Assembly (NCBI GenBank): GCA_028534125.1
Contig: CM052841.1
Coordinates: forward strand, 11,284,001-11,348,000
Reading direction: 5' to 3'
From: Lama glama
Lineage: Eukaryota
Length of the DNA: 64,000 bases
Of the stretch, positions 36,587 to 48,300 are shown piece after piece (the stretch's first letter is position 1; each line of letters opens with the position of its first letter). A model generated the notes under the pieces. That model was not told the origin of the DNA and did no database searches. It saw nothing but the letters and a program-made list of their open reading frames with translations. A program made the translations under genes and the position numbers.

Positions 36587-38329
36587 GAAACTCCTGGTTT
36601 ATTTTTATCTCGTACTTCGCAGGGTGCAGCCAGCGGCAACTAGTATTATCCAACTTTGGTTCTTTTTTTAAAAAAAAAACAACAACACAGTGGAGTCTGA
36701 CCCAGGATCCCAGGAAACTTGGTGAGGCCACATTTCGTTACAAAAGTCTTTCCTAGATGGTAATTTTGTGATTGGACCTTTTGCTTTTTAATTTTTCCAT
36801 GCTTTTTGCTCTGCCTTCTTTACCACGTGTCTGTTTTATTCCCTGTTAAACCTAGCACCCTGCCTGCCACAGAGGGTGCGTTCAGTATTTGTGGACTATA
36901 TACAGGTTGAGCAGGGTGGCTGGAGATGACAGGCTTGGGGGACGCCTTATCATTTAAACATAAGATGGGACTTAGGATAAAATGGGAAGGGTGGGTAAGT
37001 TGTGAGTGTGTAAAGAGGAGCAGAAGTATTGCAGGCAGGGAATGGAGCACAGCATGGGCCAAATCTAGGAGTAGGGAGTGATTTCAGCGTGTTTCTTTGG
37101 AGCAGTCAGGAGAAGTTAGGAGACAGAGGCAATATGGAGGATGTGTTTAATGACTGAGTACTGCTGTCGGAGGTCAAGTCTGACTATAAGTACGGAAAAT
37201 TCTCCATCTGAAGTTTTAGGGTAGACTTGTTTTAACTCACAAGTTGTAAAATGTCTTTTATGGTCTAGCTTTACTAGTTAAAGCCACACACTTTAATTCC
37301 TCTTAGCCTTTGTGGTTCACCTGCATTAAACTCTCTTTAATACTACACAGGTAAAACCGAAATATAAGGGCATTTATTAGTTTCACGTTCCCAAGGGAAA
37401 GAGTAGGAATTCCTTTGTTACTCAGCCATCGTACTTTCCCATTCCTAGCCCCAAGATGAAGATTCTGATGAGTCAAGAAGTATTTCCTGGGCTGGATGTG
37501 GTTGTGTCAGACATAGTGTAAGTGTTTCTTCGTGAACCAGTGTTCAGTTGCTTGGATTATGAGGTGTCCCATCCTGGGAAGAGCTGGAGGAGCAGGGCTG
37601 GGTCTCAGGCATCATTCTGATGGCTGTAAAGCCAAATGCAGCGGCCCCAGTCTGTATGGGGACTCAGATAGTTTGTGGTCCCATCTGCCTGCTGCCCACC
37701 AGCTCCTTATGGTCAGAGAAGCAGCTTGTCATTGGCCACTCTCCCATAAAGCTCGTCCTTGTGAAACGAGGGCCTTAACTCTCTGACTTACTTCATCCTT
37801 ATGCAGAAGCAGAGGAGTAGGTAGTCTAACTACCTCAGCTCAGCTATCTTGGCTCACTTAGGGAGGCTAATTTAATCAGTCAGAACGTTCTTCTGGTTCA
37901 GACCTGTTTTCCAGCAATAATAACAATAATTACTATTATATATTTAGTCATTACCAGATGCTTAGAAGGACTCTAAATACTTTACCTATGTCGTTTAATT
38001 TATTTTCCAAGAACCAAATAATTTTATGATCCTGAGATCCAGAAACTGTGCCCTGAGAGCTGAGAGAACACCCCCAATGTTACAGAGCCAATGAGTGACA
38101 AAGTTATCTGTGGACTCATGATATGTTTAGATCCCAAAGATAGTTCTTAACTAATGCTAACCTTTGCCTCCATTTTAAAAGGGAACGATTCTCATATTGA
38201 GGCTCAAATTGTCTTCACAGTTTGCTGTTGGATCTGCAAGTTTAGACAGTCACAAACCCATCTTTAAGCGATCCTTTGCAGGGATTACTCAGGTAAAACC
38301 AGGAACACAGTAAGAATGTGGTGATCTGA

Positions 38330-38530
38330 GTACCGACTTATCCGATGGCCTAGACTCAGATCCCAGTGTACTGTTTACTAGCTCTGTGACTTAAACTTGT
38401 TTCTTCATCTGTAAAAACTTGGGATAATACTGGCTTCTCCAGGGATGTGAGGCTTAATTAAGATACTGTGTGTCACCTGCATAGCACTGCACCTGGCACA
38501 GGTAAGAGCTCTGCAGTGTCTATTAATAAT
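38330..38530 (+). mobile_element. MIR SINE
   Basis: 'tttactagctctgtgactt...ttgtttcttcatctgtaaaa...gggataatac...gcacctggcacaggtaagagctc'. Confidence 0.75.
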
Positions 38531-39914
38531 TTCCTCCCAAGTGTACATACACAGTTTGAATTGAGGATGGTGGAACCGTTTTTCTAGTTCAGGGATGCGC
38601 ACTGCCTCACCTTTTCTTCTGTCAGAGAGTGTGTGTTGGAGCACTCTGCTCGATGGTCTCGGTAATGAAGGGATGAAGCAGAGTAAGCAGGAGCTTTTAA
38701 CTTGGAGAAGAGACTGCAGAACTGACTCAATAAATGTACCATAATACATTTTTGTGAGAAAATTTAAAAACAAAGTATATTTGGAAACTGAGGTTGAAAG
38801 AGGGATCGTAAAGTGCTGAGAGGGCTACTGTTTGGACCCCGACGTCCTCGAGCGATGTGCTTAAACATTTAGAGTCACAGACCAACTGATAATTGTGGGA
38901 AAACCAGGACCATCTTCCCCTCCCAATGCCCCTATACACAGAGGTATGCATGCAGTTCTGGGGTTCCCAGCAACATCCTCTAAAGCCCGGCCATGTGTTC
39001 ACTCTCAGGCTAAGAGCACCTGTCTGTTATGAAGGCCTGTGGGACACAGATGATTTTTTTCTGTCAGGAGCTTTCCTCAGCAGTGATGAGGGAATTGGAG
39101 GTTGAAGACTGGGGAGGGATTTTGTAGATAGAAGAGAAGTGTTGAAACATATATGTGGGCCCAAGATGGAGCCGCTCTCGCCCAAGCGCCACTTGAGCCA
39201 ACTGACACTTAGATCTATCCCCATGTCCCTGTGACTGCTCCGCTGGACCAGAGACACAGTAGATCCTGTCAGTCGAGCCCCAATGCCAAGCCAGCTCTGG
39301 GCCCTATACTCCCTGCCTTGTTCCTTACTCTTCATCCTGTGAAAGCTTCCTGCCTCCTGCCCCATTTAGCAGTTCTCTGGACCCTTGCGGACGGGAACTA
39401 CCCGCTTGACGAAGTCTTAAAGTTTGTTTCTGTCACCTAAATTGTCGGCTTTAATCACTTTGAACAGAAGGAAGGACATAGCAGTAAAGGGGATTTCATG
39501 GATAAACTTAAAGAGTGAAAGTGAGTGGCGGGGTGTCCCCAGGGAGAGCACATGGGCTGGGCCTACGTGAAGAAGGTTTTTTACTTCATGCTAAGGAATT
39601 TTGTCCATCCTTGTAGACTGGCCATCCTCAGAGCATTACAGGCCTGGGGTGGGGAGCGGGGAGGTCATCTCAATGTCCATCTTCAGCTACAACTGGAGTA
39701 GCCATGTGTTATGATTTATATATAAGGTTTGGTTTGAATTGATTTTATAACTTTAAAGTATTGCAACAAAATCTGTTACAGGCAGTAGAGACCAAAGAAC
39801 AGTTTAAGACATGGAGCTGATGCAAGGCAGTCTGTATTTGAGAAGAAGATGCTGGCGACAAAGCTCAACCAGGACACCAGTTTTAGGAGGCCGGGGCGGG
39901 TCTCACCTCTGGAC

Positions 39915-40118
39915 CTGCACTGTCCAGGTGAACTTTCTGCAGTGATGAAAATGTCTTATAACTGTGTTGTCCAGTAAAGAAGGTACTAGCCACATGTGGC
40001 TGTTGAACACTTGAAATGTGGCTGCTGTTATGAAGGAACTAGATTTGTAATATTACTTTAATCAGTGTAAATTTAAATAGTATACGGCCAATGACTACCC
40101 CTGTTGGACAGTCCAGCT
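39915..40118 (+). mobile_element. MER3 (hAT-Charlie)
   Basis: 'gcactgtccaggtgaactttctgcagtgatgaaaatg', 'actagccacatgtggctgttgaacacttgaaatgtggct', 'ttggacagtccag'. Confidence 0.85.
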
Positions 40119-40149
40119 CTGGGTGGGTGGTCCCCTCCCTCTCGAAGGG

Positions 40150-40292
40150 TGTGCAGCCCTGTATACCCGTGATTTTGGCCCAGGGAGATCCATGTCAGAC
40201 TTAGGACCTGTCGAGCTGTAAGATAATAATTTCTATTGTTTAAAGCCACTAAGTTTGTGGTAATTTGTTACGGCAGCAGAAGAAAAGTAACA
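40150..40292 (+). mobile_element. MLT1 LTR 3' fragment
   Basis: 'gctgtaagataataatttctattgtttaaagccactaagtttgtggtaatttgttacggcagca'. Confidence 0.85.
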
Positions 40293-40574
40293 GTTATGAA
40301 CTCAAATGGCATCATTACAGGGACTTTTGGACAAAAAATATTTCAGGCTCTAAGTCACCAACTGAAATGTTTTCTTTCTTTTTGGAAGTGTATTCTTTTT
40401 CTGGTCATCTGAGTCATCTCTGGTCATTACAAAAAAATTTGCAGAACATGCAGGATATTATAATGAGGAAGAAAGTGGGTATCTTTATCTTCTTTCTAGA
40501 GGTGGATACTAATAATAATTGGATATATTCCCTCTTAGTTTTTAATTCATATTTTTATGATGGTGGAGATGAGA

Positions 40575-40825
40575 ATGAGCTTTGGGTTATTGAATGACTA
40601 CTATGTGCCAGGCCCTGTTGTAAGCATTTTACTAACACTAAATCATTTAATCCTCATTACAGTCTGAGCTAGGCTGTCTTCCCATTGTGCAGTTAAAGAA
40701 ACTGAGGCAGGAGGATACAGACAAATGTATGATACATTGTATATCTATACGGGACATCTCAGAGCAGCGCGTCTGTCTCAGGCACTGATTTTCAGAGCAC
40801 AGCTTAATCCTGTGCTATCTTGCAT
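40575..40825 (-). mobile_element. MIR SINE
   Basis: 'ttattgaatgactactatgtgccaggccctgttgtaagcatttt...tcatttaatcctca...gaaactgaggcag'. Confidence 0.75.
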
Positions 40826-42069
40826 GCATTCTGAATATACCATTTTTTAATCTTGATTTTTTTCACTTAACCCTTTGAAGATTTTCTCATGTTGTTAACA
40901 ACTCCTAAGTGTAAGCATGGGTAGAGTAAGTATCACCCTTTTAGGGCCAAATTTATGCCAAAATAATTACAGTGACTTTGTTTAGTGTTGAAAAGAAGCA
41001 TATTGGAAATAGAAACCCTCTTGCTTAAAGGTGCAGTGAGTGGGATGTTATTTTGGAATGAAGGCGAGGGCTGGGGGTAAGTGTCAAACAAATGTACGAA
41101 GTCCTTTACTTGGAACTTGGCGTTAGTTTTCCTTTAAAATAATGTGATACATTATTGGATTTTTCACCAGCACCCTCTTCCCACATGACTATTTTTCATA
41201 TAATAGAACATATAAATGTTGTCAGTCCATTGAGGTTTACCCTAAGAGCTTGTGTGTGAGGGAAGGAAAATGTGCCCCGGGGAGTATTGCTGCAGAGTTA
41301 GTGTAAAGTTGATCGGAACAGACGTATACAAAGTTATCTTTTAAAAAATCAATAGAGAATCTGGGTCTCTAAGATGTCAGAAACTTCTTCACCAGCCCTG
41401 GGAGAACTGAGGGAGGAGGGTCTGGGACATCCACTGGCAGAGCCCCAGGCAGCATTGCACATGGTAGAGGGGGCTTTATTTAACCAGTGACCTCTGAAGG
41501 GACTGGCCTCTTTGCAAGACAGATGCATCAGGTTATTTTAGGCAATGCAGTTAACATCAGCTAACTCTTATTTGCATATCCACCCAACAATTTCTGGTTA
41601 ACATTTGGCTTCTTCAATAGGTCTGCCAAAGGAGAGATTTCTCTGGTCATGCTGCCACAAGTTTTATCATCCAGTCACAGTTACATTTATCATTGTAAAT
41701 TAGAAGATAAGGGTTGCAGTTCTGTAAACGTTTCCCAAGTTTGGTTAAATCAAATACACCTCTCAGATACAGATCCATCCTTGGCAAGCTGGCAGAGTCA
41801 GATCTCTGGAAGCACCTGTGAGGCTGATGGTTAGTCCCTGAACCAGGGACTCTCCAGGTAGCCTGGATTTTCCCCTTGCTTCATTCACCTCCTTTGACAT
41901 TATCATTGGCCAGACTTAGGCTCTGGTGTTCTTTAAGAATTGCTTTGTATATTTGTCATAAAACAACAGGAAAAATACAGCTGTGATCTTAGTAATTTCT
42001 TTAAAAGGATGGTGAGGTCAAATAAGAACAGTTTAATTAGAGAAGGATGTAGATGCTACTGCTCATAAC

Positions 42070-42455
42070 CATGAATAACATTAATCAGGACTTAAAATGT
42101 GTCAGGCATTGTGTTGCTTTTCTTTTTTTTAATTTTCTGTTGGGGGAGGTAATTAGGTGTATGTATTTATTTGTTTATATAATTTTTTTTTAATGGAGGT
42201 ACTGGAGATTGCTAGGCATGCACTCTACCATTGAGCTCTGCCCTCCCCCCATGTTATGTACTTTAAATGAATTATCTCATTCACTCCTCACAACCCCGTA
42301 GGGTACATACATTACTATATACAGTTTACCACTGGGGGAACTGAGGATCCAGAAGTCCAGTGACTCACCCAGGGCCAGACATTCAGTAAGCATAGAGCCA
42401 GGATTACAGTCCAGGCAGCAAAAGTCTTTGCTCGAATTCTTAAGCACAGTGCTAC
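42070..42455 (-). mobile_element. MIR SINE interrupted by a Vic-1-like SINE
   Basis: 'atgtgtcaggcattgtg' then 'attatctcattcactcctcacaaccccgtagg...gaactgagg...gactcacccagggcca...agagccaggatt'. Confidence 0.75.
42118..42250 (-). mobile_element. Camelid-type SINE (Vic-1-like) with about 20-nt internal deletion
   Basis: 'gggggaggtaattagg...atttatt...aatggaggtactggagattg|ctaggcatgcactctaccattgagc'. Confidence 0.85.
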
Positions 42456-42567
42456 ATGCTGGGGCTGAAAGGAAGCTGTGGGAGAGAAGCGAAGGGGATG
42501 TGCATTTCACCTTCAAGAAATGATGTAACTTGTTTCTGGTTAAACTTTCTTCTTTGTGATCTAGGTT

Positions 42568-43034
42568 CAGGCAGACCTTGGAGATATTGCAGGTTGAGTT
42601 CCATACCTCTGCAATAAATAGTATCACAATAAAGCGAGTCACATGAATTTTGGGGTTTCTAAATGCAAATTAAAGTTATGTTTACCCTAACTGTAGTCTA
42701 TTAAGTGTAGCATTATGTCTTAAGAAAACAATGTACATGCCTTACTTAAAATAAAAATACTCTATTGCTAAAAAAAAAGTAACCATTGTCTGAGCCTTCA
42801 TGATCTTTGTGCAACTGTAACATCAAAGATCGCTGATCACAGGTCACCATGACAAATATAATGAAAAATTTTGAAATTTTGCGAGAATTACCAGAATGCG
42901 ACACAGAGACAGAAAGTGAGCAAATACCATTGGAAAAATGGTGCCGATAGACTTGCTCAACGGGGTTGTCACAAACCTTCAACCTGTAAAAAGTGCAACA
43001 TCAGCAAAGTGCAATGAAACAAGTTACGCATATG
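42568..43034 (-). mobile_element. Tigger1 internal-deletion derivative (Tigger1a_Art-like)
   Basis: Both Tigger1 ends: 'caggcagaccttggagatattgcagg...caataaagcgagtcac' and 'gacacagagacag...gtgccgatagacttgctcaac...aagtgcaatgaaacaagttacgcatatg|ta'. Confidence 0.9.
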
Positions 43035-43459
43035 TATCATTAACCTTTCACACTGACCAACCAGGGTTCCATTTCATTCTTGGCTCACCACTTAGAGAGG
43101 AGAGAGTCTTCTAAGAGAACTAGATAAGAATTAGATATTGAGGGCTGGGACAGAGTGATGAGGAAGGGGTCATAGGTGATCCATGTGAATGGAAAAGATT
43201 GCCATATAAAAAATTAAATAAGCTGTGAACATAGGTGAAAAGGGGAAGGCAGATGTGATACTCCATTGTAACCTTTTGGAGGGAGAGGAAAAGAGCGGGT
43301 CAGATGTCAATTCCTAGAAGAATCTTTGTGTGTGGAGAGGAGGTGAAGCAGGCTCGGCTGCTTGTCGGTCTGTATGTTGCCTGTTTGTAACTGCGAGTCC
43401 TTGCGATTGCCTTTGAGCTCTGGAACTGTTTTACTGCTTTTATAAACTACTAGCTATCT

Positions 43460-43591
43460 NNNNNNNNNNNNNNNNNNNNNNNNNNNNNNNNNNNNNNNNN
43501 NNNNNNNNNNNNNNNNNNNNNNNNNNNNNNNNNNNNNNNNNNNNNNNNNNNNNNNNNNNNNNNNNNNNNNNNNNNNNNNNNNNNNNNNNNN
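43460..43591. other. Undetermined block, 132 N (assembly gap or masked sequence)
   Basis: Run of N read directly. Confidence 0.98.
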
Positions 43592-44335
43592 GAGACGAGC
43601 CACAAGAGCCTCATTTTTTGTTGGGCATTGCCTATTAGTGGCAAAACTCCTTTCTTATTTAATCAGCTTCTCCAAAGGAATAAGGCCGAGTCCAGATTCA
43701 TTCTGTTTATGAGGGTGAAAAGATTTTGGCGGTCAGACTAAAAATAACACGTGGAATCTGCCACCTGGGTCTCCGTTCCATATTCATCTTGTATTTTATG
43801 CTTTTTGCTTGTGGAGTTCAAGCTAACAGGTCAGCCCCTGTGAGCATGGAGGAAATTTGCTTGGGTCAAGTATTTGTGGCCAGGGTGTGGAGAATGGCGG
43901 CTTTGCTGCCCAGAGGCTGACCCAGACCTGGCAGCATGGTTGGGAGACAAGGCTGGTGTCGCCCCACATCTTGGTCCTCTTGGATTCATAATGTACAGAG
44001 GACTGTTGCAAACACTCTATGCTGAGTGGAAAAAATATCAGTAAAATAGTATTGCCTCTGAAAAAAACCCTAGGAAATGGGCTACTTTTTCATAATGACT
44101 AAAAATCTGCAAGATATTTGGATACACTCGAGGCTCGGAAAACAAGCAGCCGAACCAAACCAAAATCAACTTTGCAGAGTTAGGCATATTCAGAGTTCAT
44201 TTTGTTCTACAGGCTTATTTCCCAAATCACTTGGAATTAATACTGTTCTGATTTATTATTCAGATCTCTGAGTCCACCAGAGATACTCGTCACCAGCTTT
44301 TGTGTAAACCCTGAATACTGCCTAGACTTCTGGAT

Positions 44336-44540
44336 GGCAGGATAGCTTAGTGGCTGAGCACACAGGCTCTGGAGTGGAAGTCTGGCTACAATCTGAGGTC
44401 TGTCACTTAGAAGCTGTGTGACTTTGGGTTAATTATCCAGGCTCTTGAAGCCCTTCAGTTTTCCTCAACTGCAAAATAGATGTAATAACAAGTATCACCA
44501 GTGTTGTTATGAGATGAAGTCATAACATAAACATGCATAT
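44336..44540 (+). mobile_element. MIR SINE
   Basis: 'tagcttagtggctgagcacacaggctctggag...tctgtcacttagaagctgtgtgactttggg...cagttttcctcaactgcaaaatag'. Confidence 0.8.
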
Positions 44541-44551
44541 CTGCACCCACA

Positions 44552-44765
44552 CAGAATTAACGTTTGAACAACTCAGGGGTTGGGGCGCCAACCCTCCATG
44601 CAATCAAAAATCTGCATGTAACCTTACAGTCTGCCCTCTTTATACACAGTTCCGCAGCCACAGATCCAGCCAACCACAGATCATATAGTGATCTGTATTT
44701 AGTGAAAAAATCTTTGTATAAGTGGACCCACGCAGTTTAAGCTTGTGTTAGTCAAGGGTCAACTG
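44552..44765 (-). mobile_element. Short Tigger2-family MITE (MER8/Tigger2a-like)
   Basis: 'ttgaacaactcaggggttggggcgccaaccc' and 'tataagtggacccacgcagtttaagcttgtgttagtcaagggtcaactg' correspond to the two Tigger2 ends. Confidence 0.85.
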
Positions 44766-45534
44766 CATATGTATATAGTTAATAAGTATTGGCCGAGTAA
44801 ATAAATTATTGAAATTATTGATGAATGAATGAATGAAAGAATGGATGAGTGAGTATCTTTTCCCCTCATTGCTGCTTCTGGCGAATGGGAATAATGCAGC
44901 CTACCTCCTGCTAATAGGATTAAATAAGAATGTGCTGCAGGGTGGTACTTAACATAGTGCTTTGTGCGTTGGTGGTGGTCCAGAAATGAAAGTAAATCTG
45001 AATCTAGCTGAATGTGAATGGGAAATGGTAATTCATGTGGGGGTTTTAGGGGACTAATGTTAACTTCTGTGCCAAAGTTTTCTAATACTACAAGGAGAAT
45101 GCTAAATACTGTGATGTCGTTTATCGAGTGGTAATTTTACAAACAATATTAATGAAACAACACTCACATTCCTTTTTTTAAATAGAGTGTATGTTTCATC
45201 AGAGACCAAGATAATGGTTCTTCATCCTGTGGTTCTTCGTATTACAGGACAATCTCATGAGAAGACCTTAGGTACTGGAGGCCCACCATCTGAGTTTGAA
45301 TTCTGGCGCTGCCCTTGGTGTTGGGGGTGGCTTCAGGTAAGTCACTTACCCTCTTTTTGAGCCTTCGTTTCTTCCTTTGTAGGAAAACATCATTATAGAT
45401 AGCTAGATCTCAGATTTGATGTAAGAGTTTCATGTGCTTCTCTTATAAAAGAATGAGTGTTAAACTGCTGTTCATTTTGCTACTGTTCCCAGCACTGCCA
45501 CCATCACTGCTGCCAACACCTCTCCCAAGCAACC

Positions 45535-45850
45535 TCTCCTGGGAATTTCCAAGCCAACATATAAGGAGGAAGTGTTACCCACTATTTATTTCTTTCATAA
45601 ATGTTTAGCAGATCTCAGAGTCCAAAGGGAAGCTGGAACCAGGGCAGATTGCATTAGCTGATTATCTGCACTGGCAGAACCCAGAAGCTGCTGTTGCCAC
45701 CAGTTGGCTGTCCTTTGGGTCCTGTAACTCTGATCTCCACATCCCCTTAGGATTCTCCTGCTACCTCAGGGAGGTTCCAACACAGTCTGACAAGTCTTTA
45801 GGCCAGCGTCCCTTAGCCAACAAGAAGGTCGTTGACTTTCACGTGAAGAT
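45535..45850. promoter_or_regulatory. Candidate inducible enhancer: NF-kB, ETS/PU.1 and E-box motifs
   Basis: GGGAATTTCC 45541-45550, GAGGAAGTG 45566-45574, TTCACGTGAA 45838-45847 in non-repetitive DNA. Confidence 0.4.
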
Positions 45851-46249
45851 GTGCACACGTTGCTGGTTGCTGGTTTATTAATGCTCTGTTTCTTTGTTGC
45901 CCATATATGTGTTTTGCAGACGATAAGCAAACAACTTTGCAAAAATCAGCCTTTCCTATTGACCCAAGACTGTTTCAAGAAAAAGTCTAGAGGTGTGACC
46001 GCAGCACCCCTTGGAAGGGGAGTCGGTAAGACAATGGGACCCTGACCACGAAGCAGAGGCCAAGGAGCTGTTCTTGAAAAGGCATCCTGAATTTTTAAGT
46101 TTATTTAAAGATTACATAGCGAAAAAAGGTGTATTTATTTATGCTCTGTTTTCCTGAGGGCTTGAAAACAGCTAACAGCTTCCCTTGGGTGCTTTTTCTT
46201 GCCCACCTCTGCCCCCCTTCTTTTACTATTTCTTCATTTCTCTTTGGAG

Positions 46250-46399
46250 NNNNNNNNNNNNNNNNNNNNNNNNNNNNNNNNNNNNNNNNNNNNNNNNNNN
46301 NNNNNNNNNNNNNNNNNNNNNNNNNNNNNNNNNNNNNNNNNNNNNNNNNNNNNNNNNNNNNNNNNNNNNNNNNNNNNNNNNNNNNNNNNNNNNNNNNNN
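46250..46399. other. Undetermined block, 150 N (assembly gap or masked sequence)
   Basis: Run of N read directly. Confidence 0.98.
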
Positions 46400-46446
46400 G
46401 AATTGAAGGGAACTCTGTCATTAAGATGTGTTTGCAGAAGGTAAGT
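46400..46446 (+). other. 3' end of a candidate exon with consensus donor AAG|GTAAGT
   Basis: Donor at 46440/46441; ATG 46426 (A at -3) gives M-C-L-Q-K in phase 0; the upstream part is hidden by N. Confidence 0.4.
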
Positions 46447-46864
46447 AGAAAGTGATTTTAATTATTGAATGTTTCTAAATATATCCACCTACTCCTCCCC
46501 AAGCAAGTAATACAGATTGGTAGTTCCAGGAGAAACTATATAATATTGTTGAAGGGTGACTGGAATTATTCAAACTGACCATGATTTGGTAAGATCTCTC
46601 CTTAATTAACCAAGACAGAGACAAAGCTAGAATTTTCAACCTGTATAGTAGAATAGTAGTTTGGAAAATTGTAAGTATACTTCTCTTCTGCTGAATTGAT
46701 CATGTTCCCTTTCAGGCACTAGTGGAGTATTCATGTATGTGGAAATGTAGAATAAACAGTGTTCAGATTTGGGGTTTTATAGTTGAATTCTGAAACTTGA
46801 GGCACAAATACATCTCCAAACAGTTTTGGGGGCTTTATTTTCTGGGCATCCTGCTTTCTAGGAA

Positions 46865-47400
46865 GTCAGGCCCTGGAGGTAGGAAATCTCATAGAGGAGC
46901 CACAGTGGGCAGAATGGCTGGGGTAGATGCTTAGCGTGGCTACAGGAGGTGCCAGGCAGACGTGGGCAGTTTTAAAGTTCCTACCCTTTGTGGTCTGGTG
47001 TGCACAGCAGCAGAACTGCGGCCCGTGTGGCCTACAGTGGTGCAGATGTGACCTAAGAGCTCGGGGCTGGAGGAGCTTCACAGTTGGAACAAGGAAGATG
47101 ATGGTGTGTGGCAGATGGGAACATGCGTGTCTTAGCAGATGTATGGCCACCACATGGCATGATCTTGGCTTAATAAAGCTCCCTTTAAAAAACGAGGTCC
47201 CCCTCACATGCATGTGTGACAGTTGTGAGCATTGTTTGGGGAAGCATGGATGATGATTAGGTACGTTGGTTTTGGTAAGTTAGCAGCAGAACCTGAAATG
47301 CCTGGCATGAAGTGTTGACTTGATACAATCGGCAATTAGGAATGATCATAGTTTTTCTGGAAGGGGATTGACAAGGCAAAAAATGCTTACAGAATGCAAA
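46865..47400 (-). mobile_element. L2 LINE fragment, heavily diverged
   Basis: 'atgtgacagttgtgagcattg', 'cctggcatgaagtgttgacttgatacaatcggcaattaggaatgatcatagtttttctggaagggga'. Confidence 0.5.
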
Positions 47401-47784
47401 AAATATTAGGAGGAACAAAAAGACATTTCCATTTTTAAGGATGAGGGCTGGGGCTTACTCATTTGGAGACCAAGTTCTGGCACACAACTAGTGTTCAGTA
47501 AATGCTTGTTGAATGAGAAAAAGAACAATTTTGTCTCATGGAAATCCAAATGGATTCCTGAAATTTAGGGTAGGTATGAGGAAGGTTTTTTTCTGATGGG
47601 AACTTATTACCCTGTAAAATAGAAGCTGAGGGAAAATGGGCAACATTGTAAAGAGATCTCTATGGTTGAGACTTGTTATAGCCTAAATATCAGAGGTAAT
47701 TTTGCTGACTTTTCAACTCTTAAGACTTAACAAGACTTACTCAACTCTATTATGCAGATGGAGAGTGCTGAAAAAAAAAACAAC

Positions 47785-48300
47785 TAACCATGAAAAGACA
47801 TGGAGGAACGTTAAATGCTTATTGCTAACTGAAAGGAACCAGTCTAATTATACGTGATAGTTCCAACTATATGACATTATGGAAAAGGCAAACATAAAGA
47901 GATAATTTAAAACAATATGAGGAGTTGGATGGGGAGGGAAAGAAGGTTAAATATGTGGAACACAGAGGATTTTTAGGCCAGTGGAATTATTCTGTATGAT
48001 GTATGATACTGCATTGGTGGATTCATGGTATTACACCATGGTATTTGCCAAAACCCAGAAAACTACAAACACAAAGAGTGAACTCTAATGTAAACTGTGG
48101 ACTTCATTTAATAATAATGTATCTGTTGGTTCATCAGTTGTAACAAATGTATTGCACTAATGCAAGGTAATGATAGAGGAAGCCATTGAGGGGAGGAGAG
48201 ACAGGATGGGGCAGTAGGGGAACTCTGTACTTCTACTCAACTTTTCTGTAAGCCTAAAACAGCTCTAAAAAATATTCTAACAATTATTTTATTTAAAAAA
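47785..48300 (+). mobile_element. L1MC-like LINE 3' end
   Basis: 'ccatgaaaagacatggaggaacgttaaatgc', 'ttccaactatatgacatt...ggaaaaggcaaa', 'aagagtgaactctaatgtaaactgtggactt', 'ggaactctgtactt'. Confidence 0.9.

Noticed and set aside
36435-36756. Four overlapping ORFs with RA/CV/TH repeats
   Set aside because: Translations of the stop-free (CGTG)n microsatellite.
35802-46455. ORFs containing long X runs
   Set aside because: Their length is an artefact of translating through N blocks.
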